The notes: a model not told the origin generated them from the sequence alone. A stretch of 64,000 bases of DNA from an uncultured Gemmatimonadales bacterium (GCA_963795085.1 CAWCFX010000001.1:864001-928000); one strand, 5' to 3'. Counted from the stretch's first letter, positions 41,712 through 51,694 are shown. Translations and numbers: made by a program.

Positions 41712-42962
41712 CGCTCACTCGGGTGTGTGGGATTACTGCTCTGGGGTTTCGCCTGCTCGGGCGGACCCGGCGGATCGGGCGGTTCAACGGAACTGCCACG
41801 CCGTGCGGTGGCCGCGGTCGCTCCGGGGCTCGAGGTCCTGATGACGGACAGCCTGCACCTGGTCAGCGGCCGCGCGGTCGGCCTGGTCACCAACCAGGGC
41901 GGCGTGGATGGCCGGGGCGTGCATGCCGTCGAGCGGCTCCGCGCGGCCGGGATCAACCTGGTGGCGCTGTTCAGCCCCGAGCACGGGTTCCGGGGTACCG
42001 CGGCGCCGGGCGAGGCGGTCGCCACCGGGCGCGACTCCGCCACCGGTCTTCCAATCTACAGTCTTTACGGCCGAACTTCTGCCCCTACCGACACCATGCT
42101 CGCCGGGATCGAGGTGATGCTGGTGGACCTGCCCGACGTCGGAGCCCGGTATTACACCTACATCAGCACGGCGGTGGAAGTCATGCGTGCGGCGGGACGG
42201 CGGAACATTCCGGTCGTCATCCTCGACCGGCCAAACCCGATCGGCGGACTGGTGCAGGGCAACGTGCTCGATACCGCCTACCGCTCTTTCGTCGGCCTGC
42301 TGGCGGTGCCGATGCGTCACGGAATGACACTGGGGGAACTGGCCCGCCTGGCCCGGCACGACCTGGACCTTCCGGGTTCACTCACCGTGGTGCCGGCCCG
42401 GGGCTGGACTCGGCGGCAGGCGCTCGATGAAACCGGGTTGCCCTTCATCCGGCCCAGCCCGAACCTGACCACCCTGGAGAGTCTTTTTCATTATCCCGGG
42501 GTCTGTCTCTTCGAGGGCACCAATCTCTCGGTGGGGCGGGGCAGTTCGGCGCCCTTCGAACAGGTCGCCGCCCCCTGGCTGGATACCTCCCGGGTACTGG
42601 AGCGAATCCGGGGCGCCAATCTGCCCGGGGTGGCCTTTCAGGGCGTGACCTTCACTCCCCGGGCTCCCGGCGACGGCAAGTACGCCGATACACTGGTGCA
42701 AGGGATCCGGCTCCAGGTCACCGACCGGGCGTCCTACGACCCGGCGGCCACCGCCGTGTTCCTGCTGCAGGTCATCGGCGAGGCCGAGCCGGGCCGGTTC
42801 CGGTTTCTGGCGGCCCACTTCGACCGGCTGGCCGGCGGCCCGGACCTCCGCGTGTCCCTCGCCAATGGTACGGGAGTGCCTGAGATCCTGGCCTCGTGGC
42901 AGTCGCCACGTACCCGGTTCCTGGCCCGACGCCGGGCCCTGCTCCTCTATCCGGAGCAGTGA
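41706..42962 (+). CDS. namZ: Exo-beta-N-acetylmuramidase (DUF1343)
   Basis: GLVTNQ, LFSPEHGFRG, YSLYG, DVGARYYTY, LDRPNP, RHGMTLGELA, PSPNL, SVGRG. Confidence 0.9.
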   Translation: MHRSLGCVGLLLWGFACSGGPGGSGGSTELPRRAVAAVAPGLEVLMTDSLHLVSGRAVGLVTNQGGVDGRGVHAVERLRAAGINLVALFSPEHGFRGTAAPGEAVATGRDSATGLPIYSLYGRTSAPTDTMLAGIEVMLVDLPDVGARYYTYISTAVEVMRAAGRRNIPVVILDRPNPIGGLVQGNVLDTAYRSFVGLLAVPMRHGMTLGELARLARHDLDLPGSLTVVPARGWTRRQALDETGLPFIRPSPNLTTLESLFHYPGVCLFEGTNLSVGRGSSAPFEQVAAPWLDTSRVLERIRGANLPGVAFQGVTFTPRAPGDGKYADTLVQGIRLQVTDRASYDPAATAVFLLQVIGEAEPGRFRFLAAHFDRLAGGPDLRVSLANGTGVPEILASWQSPRTRFLARRRALLLYPEQ

Positions 42963-43179
42963 GCGGGCCCAGGTCACGCTCAGGTTGCGGGCCGGGAGCA
43001 GATTGCTCCCCGTGCCGCATGATTCGATCGGACGGGCGGAAACAGCGCCGGCGCGGGGCAGGAATTCTGGCCGCATCGGGCACTGGGCCAAGTTGCCCTA
43101 ACCTGTTCTGGGGATTATTCTTTCGCGTCTTCGCGTCACGAGTTTCTTGCCCCTCGCGCTCCGGGAGAGTCCGGGTCAC

Positions 43180-43860
43180 GTGAAACTGCTGGCACCGCTG
43201 GAACGCGCCTTTTACGCTGTCATTGGCCCGCTGGTCCGGCGGCTGATCAGCACCGGGATCCGGCCGAACACCATCACGACCATCGGGACCGGCCTGGTGC
43301 TGCTGTCGGCGGTAGCCTACGGAATGGGGTGGATCCGGGCCGGCGGGGCGCTGTTGCTGCTGAGCGGGGTGGTGGATACGCTGGACGGCCAGGTGGCGCG
43401 GTCCACCGGGCAGGTTACCAAGTTCGGCGCCTTCTACGATTCCACCCTCGACCGGGTGGGCGACGGGGCCACCTTCATCGGGATCGCGACCTATCTGCTG
43501 GTGGCCCCGGACGTGGCCTGGCGCATCCCGGCGGTGGTGGTCTGCATGATCGCGATCCTCGCGTCCCTGCTGGTGTCGTACGCCCGGGCCCGGGCCGAAG
43601 GGCTGGGGCTGGACTGCAAGGTGGGCATCGCGCAGCGGGCCGAGCGGATCGTGCTGCTGGGCGTGGCCTCGGTGCTGGTGGGGGCAGGCCCCCGGGCGAT
43701 GGTGCTGATCGTGATCGTGGGGCTGCTGGCGCTGGCCTCGCTGATCACCGTGGTGCAGCGGTTCGTGTATGTCTATCAGGTTACCAACGGCGCAGCGGCG
43801 CTACCCGGCCGGCCGGAGGATCTCTCTCCGCCGCTGGATACTCTTGTGAAAGGACGCTAG
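43180..43860 (+). CDS. CDP-alcohol phosphatidyltransferase (probable phosphatidylinositol-phosphate synthase)
   Basis: PNTITTIG, DTLDGQVAR...FGAFYDSTLDR, VSYARARAEGLG, RAER; adjacent to ino1. Confidence 0.88.
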   Translation: MKLLAPLERAFYAVIGPLVRRLISTGIRPNTITTIGTGLVLLSAVAYGMGWIRAGGALLLLSGVVDTLDGQVARSTGQVTKFGAFYDSTLDRVGDGATFIGIATYLLVAPDVAWRIPAVVVCMIAILASLLVSYARARAEGLGLDCKVGIAQRAERIVLLGVASVLVGAGPRAMVLIVIVGLLALASLITVVQRFVYVYQVTNGAAALPGRPEDLSPPLDTLVKGR

Positions 43861-43862
43861 CA

Positions 43863-45191
43863 GTGGCGAAGTCGACTTCCCGTGAGGTGCAGCCGGCCAA
43901 CGGCAAGCTTGGAGTTCTCTGTGTCGGACTCGGCGCGGTTGCCTCGACGTTCATTGCCGGGGTGGAACTGGCCCGGCGCGGCCAGGGCAAGCCGGTCGGG
44001 TCGCTCACCCAGATGGGGACCATCCGGCTGGGCAAGCGCACCGACGCGCGGGCCCCGTTCATCAAGGACTTCGTCCCCCTGGCCACGCTGGACGACCTGG
44101 TCTTCGGCGCCTGGGACCCGGTCCCGGACGATTGCTACGAGTCCTGTCTCCACTGCGGCGTGCTGGACAAGCACGAGCACGTGCATCCCATCAAGGATTT
44201 CCTCAAGGGCATCGAGCCGATGCCGGCGGTGTTCGACCAGGCCTACGTCAAGCGGCTGACCGGCACCAACGTGAAGACGGGGAAGAACAAGCGGGAACTG
44301 GCCGAAGCCCTCCGGAAGGACATCCGGGACTTCAAGAAGAAGCACAACTGCGACCGGCTGGTCATGGTGTGGTGCGCCTCGACCGAGATTTTCATCACGG
44401 CCGGGCCGGCGCACCAGACCCTGGCGAGCTTCGAGCAGGCCATGGAGGCCAACGATCCCTCGATCGCGCCGTCCATGCTGTATGCCTACGCGTCGATCAT
44501 GGAAGGGGTGCCGTTCGCCAACGGGGCGCCCAACCTGACCTGCGACATCCCGGCCATCGAGAAGCTGGCTCGCGACAAGGGCGTGCCCATCGGCGGCAAG
44601 GATTTCAAGACCGGCCAGACCATGCTCAAGACGGTGCTCTCGCCGATGTTCAAGGCGCGGATGCTGGGGGTGGCCGGCTGGTACTCCACCAACATCCTGG
44701 GCAACCGGGATGGCGAGGTGCTGGACGACCCGGAGAGCTTCAAGACCAAGGAAGAGTCCAAGCTGGGCGTCCTGGAGTACATCCTGCAGCCCAAGGTCTA
44801 TCCCGAGCTGTACGGCGAGATGTATCACAAGGTGCGGATCAACTACTATCCGCCCCGGGGCGATAACAAGGAAGGCTGGGACAACATCGATATCTTCGGG
44901 TGGATGGGTTACCCGATGCAGATCAAGGTGGACTTCCTCTGCCGCGACTCCATCCTGGCGGCGCCGCTGGTCCTCGACCTGGCCCTGTTCTTCGACCTGG
45001 CGCATCGAGCCGGGATGGGGGGCATCCAGGAGTGGCTGTCGTTCTATTTCAAGAGCCCGCAGTTCGCCGAAGGCCTCTACCCGGAGCACGACCTGTTCAT
45101 CCAGCAGACCAAGCTCAAGAACACGCTGCGCTGGATGATGGGCGAGGATCAGATCACCCACCTGGGGATCGAGTACTACCAGGAAGCCTAG
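43863..45191 (+). CDS. ino1: myo-Inositol-1-phosphate synthase
   Basis: GLGAVAST, WCASTE, FANGAPN, GKDFKTGQT, STNILGNRDG, GDNKEGWD, CRDSILAAPLVLD. Confidence 0.93.
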   Translation: MAKSTSREVQPANGKLGVLCVGLGAVASTFIAGVELARRGQGKPVGSLTQMGTIRLGKRTDARAPFIKDFVPLATLDDLVFGAWDPVPDDCYESCLHCGVLDKHEHVHPIKDFLKGIEPMPAVFDQAYVKRLTGTNVKTGKNKRELAEALRKDIRDFKKKHNCDRLVMVWCASTEIFITAGPAHQTLASFEQAMEANDPSIAPSMLYAYASIMEGVPFANGAPNLTCDIPAIEKLARDKGVPIGGKDFKTGQTMLKTVLSPMFKARMLGVAGWYSTNILGNRDGEVLDDPESFKTKEESKLGVLEYILQPKVYPELYGEMYHKVRINYYPPRGDNKEGWDNIDIFGWMGYPMQIKVDFLCRDSILAAPLVLDLALFFDLAHRAGMGGIQEWLSFYFKSPQFAEGLYPEHDLFIQQTKLKNTLRWMMGEDQITHLGIEYYQEA

Positions 45192-45209
45192 GCGCCGGGC
45201 GAATTCCCC

Positions 45210-46484
45210 ATGCCCTGGTTCTTGCCCGTGCTCGCGCTCCTGGCGGCGCCGGTGCTCGGGTGTTCCCGGGCCCCGGCCGAGGCGCCGGTCCGCGGCCGCT
45301 GGGAGGGCGTCGTTGCGGCGCCGTCGGGCCCGGCCCTGGTGCAGCTCGATTTCAGGAACGCCGGGGAAGGGCTCGAGGGGCGGATCAGCGTCCCGGGGGA
45401 ACGGCTTCTCGGGAAGAAGCTGCACGAGGTTACCCTGCAGGGAAGCACCCTTCGGTTCGTCATTCCCGCCCACGCCGGGCCGCTCCGCTTTTCAGGATCG
45501 GTCACCCGCGATTCAATCACCGGCATCGCCTCGAACGGCGCAACTTCAGTTCCCCTCCGGCTCACTCACCGGGGCGATACGCCGCGGCCGCCCTACCGGG
45601 AGCTGGAGGTCGGCTTCCGGAACGGCGGGGACAGCCTGGCGGGCTCGCTCCTCCTCCCTCCCGGGCCGAAGCCGCCGGTGGTCGTGCTGGCCCACGGCTC
45701 CAGCACGCCGGACCGGGACGATTTCCGGTATTACGCCGACCTCTTTGCCCGGGCAGGGATCGCCGCCTTCATCTACGACAAGCGGGATACCGGCCCCGAG
45801 ACCGACGGAGGAAGCGTGTCCCTGCAGGTGCTCGCGGGGGACCTGGCCGCGGCGGCGGCGGCCCTGCGATCCCGTCCGGAAGTCGACGGTACCCGGATCG
45901 GCCTGTTCGGCTTCAGCCAGGGCGGGTGGCTGCTGCCGGTCGTGGCCGCGAGGGAAGAGTTCGCCTTCCTGGTGGCGCTGTCGGGGCCCGGGGTCACTTA
46001 CGCGGAAGTGAATCGTTTCGCCGACCGGGCCCGACTCCTGCGCGAGGGATTCTCCGATCCCGACCAGAAGGCCGCGGATCGGGCCCTGGCCCGGCTCGAC
46101 GAGTACGCCCGCCGGGGCACCGATCCCGCTGATTTACAAACGGTGCTGGATGAAGCCCACCGCCATCCCTGGGCCGGCCGGATCAATCTGCCCCGGAAGG
46201 TTCCGACCCGGTCCGATCTGGCCGGCCATCTCCGCTGGCTCGATCTCGACTTCGATCCCGCGCCGCTCTGGCGGCAGGTAACGGCGCCGGTCCTGCTGCT
46301 GTACGGGGAACTCGACGAGAATGTCCCGCCGGGGCGCAGTGCGGCACGAATCCGGGACGCGCTCGATCGGGGCGGCAACCGGGACGTGACCGTCCTGGTC
46401 TATCCCGGCGCCGGCCACGAGCTTCTCCCGGCTCCTTCCCTGGAAGAGGACCTGGTCCGGTGGATGCTCGGCCGCTTTCGCTGA
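45210..46484 (+). CDS. Secreted alpha/beta hydrolase
   Basis: Lipobox-like LGC, HGS, YDKR, GFSQGG nucleophile elbow, GELDENV, YPGAGH. Confidence 0.85.
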   Translation: MPWFLPVLALLAAPVLGCSRAPAEAPVRGRWEGVVAAPSGPALVQLDFRNAGEGLEGRISVPGERLLGKKLHEVTLQGSTLRFVIPAHAGPLRFSGSVTRDSITGIASNGATSVPLRLTHRGDTPRPPYRELEVGFRNGGDSLAGSLLLPPGPKPPVVVLAHGSSTPDRDDFRYYADLFARAGIAAFIYDKRDTGPETDGGSVSLQVLAGDLAAAAAALRSRPEVDGTRIGLFGFSQGGWLLPVVAAREEFAFLVALSGPGVTYAEVNRFADRARLLREGFSDPDQKAADRALARLDEYARRGTDPADLQTVLDEAHRHPWAGRINLPRKVPTRSDLAGHLRWLDLDFDPAPLWRQVTAPVLLLYGELDENVPPGRSAARIRDALDRGGNRDVTVLVYPGAGHELLPAPSLEEDLVRWMLGRFR

Positions 46485-46534
46485 GCCGCGCGATCCGCTT
46501 GCATCACTCTACGCCCGCCGCTACCCTTTCAGCC

Positions 46535-46825
46535 ATGAAATATTTCCACCGCACCAGCCTCGCCCCCGACCTGGTCCTTGAGAAGGCGACCACTTATTTC
46601 GGGCGCAAGCTTACCCCCACCGAAGAGGCGCCCCGGCACCGGGAGTATTCGGGGCGCATCGGCCGGATCCGGCTGGACATCGAAGCGGAAGGCGGGCACT
46701 ACACCACCGTGACCGTGGCGACCGACCAGCCGGGGGAGAGCGAGGCCGACAAGATGGCCAAGCGGTTCCTGACCCTGGTCCACACCATGGCCCACCCGGA
46801 GCACGATCCCCGAGGGGCGTATTAG
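46535..46825 (+). CDS. Hypothetical protein
   Basis: 96 aa with coding-like codon bias. Confidence 0.65.
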   Translation: MKYFHRTSLAPDLVLEKATTYFGRKLTPTEEAPRHREYSGRIGRIRLDIEAEGGHYTTVTVATDQPGESEADKMAKRFLTLVHTMAHPEHDPRGAY

Positions 46826-46905
46826 GAGTGCAGAGTGCAGAGTGCAGAGTGCCGAGTGCAGAGTACAGGGTGCGCTCTGTACTCTGCCCTCGGCACTCTG
46901 TACTT
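46826..46905. repeat. 7-bp repeats GAGTGCA followed by inverted copies (hairpin)
   Basis: About 6 forward units then ctctgta ctctgcc ctcggca ctctgta. Confidence 0.85.
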
Positions 46906-46911
46906 TCCCTC

Positions 46912-47127
46912 ATGGCTCACCTGCGGCTCAATATCGCCGGCATGACCGGACTTCCCTGCCAACAGAAGATTGAACGGGCCCTGCATGCATTGCCCGGGAT
47001 GTACAGCGCCGTGGTCTGCCTCGACCGGGGCTATGCCGACGTGGAGTTCGGCGAGGACCGGCTCAGCGGCGACGACGTGATCGAGGCGATCAACCGCGCC
47101 GGGTACCAGGCCCGGCTGGGCGGCTAG
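46912..47127 (+). CDS. HMA/CopZ-like small protein
   Basis: LNIAGMTGLPCQQKIERAL...IEAINRAGYQA. Confidence 0.75.
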   Translation: MAHLRLNIAGMTGLPCQQKIERALHALPGMYSAVVCLDRGYADVEFGEDRLSGDDVIEAINRAGYQARLGG

Positions 47128-47133
47128 CCCCCG

Positions 47134-48426
47134 TCAGGCAATACCCTTCCGAATCGCTTCCAGGATTTTCTCCGAGAACAGGTCGATCTCGTCCAGCGTC
47201 GTGTAGACGTTGGGGGTGACCCGGATGCCGGTGAACTCGGGGTGATTGATCGGGGTGGACACGATCCGGTGCTTGTCGAACAGCCAGCTCACCAGCCGGT
47301 TGGTCTCCAGCCCTTCCACGTGAATCAGCCCGATGGCCCCGGAATAGGGGCTGTCCAGCGGCGTCAGGATCCGGACCCGGTCGCTTTCTCCCTTGAGCCG
47401 CTTGGCCCAGCGGTCCCGGAGCAGCCGGAGCCGGGCGACCTTCCGCTCCGCCCCGATGCCCCGGTGAAAGGCGAGGGCCGCGCTGATGGCGTTGTGATTG
47501 GCCGCCGGGTGGGTGCCGATCTCCTCGTACTTCCTGATATTCTCGTCCATGCCGGCCGGAGCCGCCATCATCGGCCACAGGCGCTTCTGTTTCGACTGGC
47601 TGACGTACAGGAACCCGGTGCCGATCGGCGCCAGCAGCCACTTGTGGAGGCTGGTGCCATAGTAGTCGCAGCCCAGCTCGTCGCGGGTGAAGGGGAAGTG
47701 CGCGTAGGCATGGGCTCCGTCCACGAACACTTCGATTCCCCGGGGGCGTCCCAGCTCGACCAGCTCCCGGACCGGCATGATCTGGCCGGTCAGGTTGGTG
47801 ATGTGAGGGACCTCGATGATCCGGGTTCGCGGCGTCAGCGCCTGGCGGAACTGGTCCACGATATACTGCTGCGAGGGGGGCGGGACCTTGAAGGAAATCT
47901 GCTTGAGGACGATGCCGTCCCGCCGGACCCGCTGGTCCCAGGTGGTGAGCATCCGGCCGTAGTTCTGGTTGGTCACCACCACCTCGTCGCCCGGCGAGAG
48001 GTCCAGGCCCAGGATCATCGTCTCCAGCGACTCGGAGGCGTTCCGGGTAATGGCCATCTCCTCGGGATCGCATCCGAAATCCCGCGCCAGGTCCCGCCGG
48101 ACGCTTTCCACCCTGGGCTCCAGCACCCGCCACATGTGGTCCACCGGCAACTCGTTGCTGAACCGGAGGTCGCGGATCATGGCTTCGAGCACGTGGGTGG
48201 GGCAGGGACTGCAGCCGCCGTTGTTGAGGTTGACCATGGTCCGGTCGGCGTCGAAGGCGCGCTGGATCTCCTGCCAGTAGGCCTCGTCGCCCGCCAGTTC
48301 GGCGGCCGGACGGCTGCCCGCCACCCGGGAGGCTTCCTCCAGTTGCCGGATGGCACTGGGGCGGAACACCGGCGCGGCGAATGCTGCCCCGGCCAGCGTG
48401 GAAAGAAAGGCGCGACGATTGGCCAT
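47134..48426 (-). CDS. Class V PLP aminotransferase (isopenicillin N epimerase-like) with Tat signal
   Basis: NRRAFL, NLNNGG, TRNASE, VDGAH, SLHKW. Confidence 0.88.
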   Translation of the reverse strand: MANRRAFLSTLAGAAFAAPVFRPSAIRQLEEASRVAGSRPAAELAGDEAYWQEIQRAFDADRTMVNLNNGGCSPCPTHVLEAMIRDLRFSNELPVDHMWRVLEPRVESVRRDLARDFGCDPEEMAITRNASESLETMILGLDLSPGDEVVVTNQNYGRMLTTWDQRVRRDGIVLKQISFKVPPPSQQYIVDQFRQALTPRTRIIEVPHITNLTGQIMPVRELVELGRPRGIEVFVDGAHAYAHFPFTRDELGCDYYGTSLHKWLLAPIGTGFLYVSQSKQKRLWPMMAAPAGMDENIRKYEEIGTHPAANHNAISAALAFHRGIGAERKVARLRLLRDRWAKRLKGESDRVRILTPLDSPYSGAIGLIHVEGLETNRLVSWLFDKHRIVSTPINHPEFTGIRVTPNVYTTLDEIDLFSEKILEAIRKGIA

Positions 48427-48636
48427 GAAGGGATTTCCGGGGTGGAGGGTGAATCCAAACTAAGGCGGGGCGGCGGGGAGAGCCACTTTTCCGAAGCGCC
48501 CAGAGACGGCGGGCCGACTCGCCCAGGCCCGTAGTACAGGCCCATGCTACGAGGTGTCCGGCCAACTTGACTCCCGGTGGCTGCGAGTAAAACTTTCTCC
48601 CCCACTTTGTTATCTCGCGTCCCCGTCAGGGCTTCC

Positions 48637-49743
48637 ATGGTTTCCAGCACCGCCCCTGCTGCCACCAGCACCGATCCCCCGGCGAACCTGTCCACCGACC
48701 AGTTGCTGGAGATGTACTACTATCTCCGGCTGACCCGGTCGCTGGAGGAGCGCCTGGTGAATCTGTACCGGCAGACCAGGGTCATCGGGGGACTCTTCCG
48801 GTCGCTGGGCCAGGAAGGGGAGAGCGTTGGCAGCGCCTACGCCCTCGACCGGAGCCAGGGAGACTTTCTCTCTCCGCTGATCCGCAACCTGGGTTCCATG
48901 CTGGTCCAGGGGGCCACCCCCCTCGAGATCCTCCGTCAGTACATGGCCAAGGCGGAGAGCCCCACCCGGGGACGGGAGCTGAACATCCACTTCGGGGACC
49001 TCACCCGGGGGTTCATCGGCCAGATTTCTCACCTGGGGGACATGATCCCGGTCATGGCCGGGGTGGCCCTCTCCTTCAAGATGCGCAACGAGCCCCGGGT
49101 CGCGCTGGCGTACGTCGGCGACGGGGCCATGAGCACGGGCGCCTTTCACGAGGGCATCAACTTCGCCGCCGTGCAGCGGCTGCCCCTGGTGATCATCTGT
49201 GAAAACAACGGATGGGCCTACTCCACGCCCGGCCACCGGCAGACGGCGGTGAAACAGTTGAGCGACAAGGCGAAAGCCTACGGCATTCCCGGGGTGCGCT
49301 GCGACGGCAACGACGTGCTGGCCTGCTACGAGTTGACCCGCGCCGCCGTCGAACGCGCCCGCGCCGGAGGCGGCGCGACCCTGGTCGAGTTCGTGACCTA
49401 CCGCCGGAAGGGCCACGCCGAGCATGACAACCAGTCATATCAGCCGAAGGCCCAGATCGCCGAATGGGAGAAGAACGATCCGGTGGACCGCTATGTGAAG
49501 CGGCTGCTGGACTCCGGGTGGGCCGCCGGCCCGGCCCTCGCCGCCATCGATGAGCGGGTCCAGGCTGAGCTGGACGCGGCGGTCTCCCTCTGTGAAAACG
49601 AGCCGCTGCCCGACGCGGGCACCGCGCTCCAGGGCGTGTACGCTGACCCGGCCACCCTGGAGACCGAGTGGTACCGGGCGGTCAACTCCGGCGGTGAGGC
49701 GGCCCGCCGGGAGGAGGGGCCATCGCCCTGGCTGGCGCGGTAA
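48637..49743 (+). CDS. 2-oxoacid dehydrogenase E1 alpha, copy 1
   Basis: GQEG, GDGAMSTGAFHEG...ENNGWAYSTP, DGND, TYRRKGHAEHD. Confidence 0.92.
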   Translation: MVSSTAPAATSTDPPANLSTDQLLEMYYYLRLTRSLEERLVNLYRQTRVIGGLFRSLGQEGESVGSAYALDRSQGDFLSPLIRNLGSMLVQGATPLEILRQYMAKAESPTRGRELNIHFGDLTRGFIGQISHLGDMIPVMAGVALSFKMRNEPRVALAYVGDGAMSTGAFHEGINFAAVQRLPLVIICENNGWAYSTPGHRQTAVKQLSDKAKAYGIPGVRCDGNDVLACYELTRAAVERARAGGGATLVEFVTYRRKGHAEHDNQSYQPKAQIAEWEKNDPVDRYVKRLLDSGWAAGPALAAIDERVQAELDAAVSLCENEPLPDAGTALQGVYADPATLETEWYRAVNSGGEAARREEGPSPWLAR

Positions 49744-50714
49744 TGCCGGCCGGACTGGAGCGGCACCAGCTGCTCGAGTTGTACTATTACATGCGGCTGA
49801 CCCGCTCGCTCGAGGAGCGGCTGGTCAACCTCAAGCGGCAGATGAAAATCGCGGGCGGAGTGTACCGCTCCCTGGGGCAGGAAGCGGACACGGTAGGCAG
49901 CGCCTATGCCCTCGACCGGGCCCGGGGCGATGTGCTCTGCCCCATGATCCGCAACCTCGGCGCCATTCTCGTACAGGGCGCCGGCGTGGTCGAGATCCTG
50001 CGCCAGAACCTGGCCAAGGCGGGGGCCCCCAGCCGGGGCCGGGAAGCCAGCTTTCACTTTGCCGATCTCGGCCGGGGGTTCATCGGCCATATCGCGAACC
50101 TGGGCGACATGATCCCGGTGATGGCCGGGGTGGCGCTCTCGTTCCGGCTGAAACACGAATCCCGGGTCGCGCTGGTGTATTCCGGCGACGGGATGATGAG
50201 CACCGGGGCGTTTCACGAGGGGCTTAACTTCGCGGCGGTCCAGCGGCTTCCCCTGGTGGTGGTGTGTGAGAACAACGGGTATGCCTACTCCACGCCGGCC
50301 CGGAGGCAGACCCGGGTGGCATCGCTGCATCACAAGGCGGCTGCCTACGGCATCCCCGGCGTGGTGGCCGACGGCAACGACGTGCTGGCGGTGCACCAGG
50401 TGACGCGGGCGGCGGTGGAGCGGGCCCGCCGGGGGGAGGGTGTTACCCTGGTCGAACTGGTCACCTATCGCCGGACCGGGCACGCCGAGCATGACGACCA
50501 GGCCTACGTCCCGCCGGGCGAGGTGGCCCGGTGGGAGCAGACCGATCCGATTGCCGGCCTTGCGACCCGGGCGATCACCAGCGGCTGGCTGCACCCCGAG
50601 GAGCTGGCCGACACCGATCGCCGGATCGCCGTGCTGCTCGATGCGGCCATCGCGCAAGTCGAAGCCGAGCCTGATGTGCCCGCGGATTTTGCACTGGGAG
50701 ATGTGTATGCCTGA
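49743..50714 (+). CDS. 2-oxoacid dehydrogenase E1 alpha, copy 2
   Basis: GQEA, GDGMMSTGAFHEG...ENNGYAYSTP, TYRRTGHAEHD. Confidence 0.92.
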   Translation: MPAGLERHQLLELYYYMRLTRSLEERLVNLKRQMKIAGGVYRSLGQEADTVGSAYALDRARGDVLCPMIRNLGAILVQGAGVVEILRQNLAKAGAPSRGREASFHFADLGRGFIGHIANLGDMIPVMAGVALSFRLKHESRVALVYSGDGMMSTGAFHEGLNFAAVQRLPLVVVCENNGYAYSTPARRQTRVASLHHKAAAYGIPGVVADGNDVLAVHQVTRAAVERARRGEGVTLVELVTYRRTGHAEHDDQAYVPPGEVARWEQTDPIAGLATRAITSGWLHPEELADTDRRIAVLLDAAIAQVEAEPDVPADFALGDVYA

Positions 50715-51687
50715 AGTGACCTACCTCGAAGCGCTGCGCCAGGGAATGTGGGAGGAGATGGAACGGGACGAGAACGTCTTCATCCTGGGCGAGGACATCG
50801 GGGCCTACGGCGGGGCGTTCAAGGTGACCGATGGGTTCCTGAAGAAATTCGGGGAGGCCCGGGTCATTGACACCCCCATCGCGGAGGCGGCCATCGTGGG
50901 GGCCGCCGCGGGGGCGGCGCACATGGGGCTCCGGCCCATCGCGGAGATGCAGTTCATTGATTTCATCTCCTGTGCCTATGACATGCTGACCAATTACGTT
51001 GCCACCGCGCGCTACCGCGCCGGCCTGCCGACGCCGATGGTGGTGCGGGGACCCTCCGGCGGCTACGTGCGGGGCGGCCCCTTCCATTCCCAGAACCCGG
51101 AAGCGGCCTTCCTCCACACCCCGGGCCTCAAGATCGTCTGTCCGGCGACCGCCCGGGATGCCAAGGGGTTGATCAAGAGCGCCATCCGCGACGATGACCC
51201 GGTGCTTTATTTCGAGCACAAGTTCCTGTATCGGCGGATCAAGGAAGACCTGCCGGAGGACGAAGAGATCCTCACGCCGATCGGCAAGGCGCGCACCGCG
51301 CGGGAGGGGAAAGACCTGACGATCATCACCTGGTCGGCGATGGTCTGGAAGGCGCTGGAAGCCGCGGAGCGGCTGGAACGCGACGACGGGCTCTCGGTGG
51401 AGGTCATCGACCTCCGCTCGCTGCTGCCCATGGACGATGGCGCGATCATGGCCAGCGTGAGGAAGACCAACCGGGTGCTGGTGGCGCACGAAGACACCCG
51501 GACCGGGGGTGTGGCCGGCGAGATCACCGCCCGGATCAACGACCAGGCCTTCGAATGGCTGGATGCGCCGGTCAAGCGGGTGACCGCGCACGACGTGCCG
51601 CTGCCCTATGCGCCCACCCTGGAGGACTTCGTGCTGCCGCAGACGGAGGACCTCGTGGGTGCCGCGCGGTGGCTGGCGGCGTATTGA
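50707..51687 (+). CDS. 2-oxoacid dehydrogenase E1 beta
   Basis: GEDIGAYGG, DTPIAE, EMQFIDF, FHSQ, FEHK, VIDLRSL. Confidence 0.93.
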   Translation: MPEVTYLEALRQGMWEEMERDENVFILGEDIGAYGGAFKVTDGFLKKFGEARVIDTPIAEAAIVGAAAGAAHMGLRPIAEMQFIDFISCAYDMLTNYVATARYRAGLPTPMVVRGPSGGYVRGGPFHSQNPEAAFLHTPGLKIVCPATARDAKGLIKSAIRDDDPVLYFEHKFLYRRIKEDLPEDEEILTPIGKARTAREGKDLTIITWSAMVWKALEAAERLERDDGLSVEVIDLRSLLPMDDGAIMASVRKTNRVLVAHEDTRTGGVAGEITARINDQAFEWLDAPVKRVTAHDVPLPYAPTLEDFVLPQTEDLVGAARWLAAY

Positions 51688-51694
51688 GAACAGG

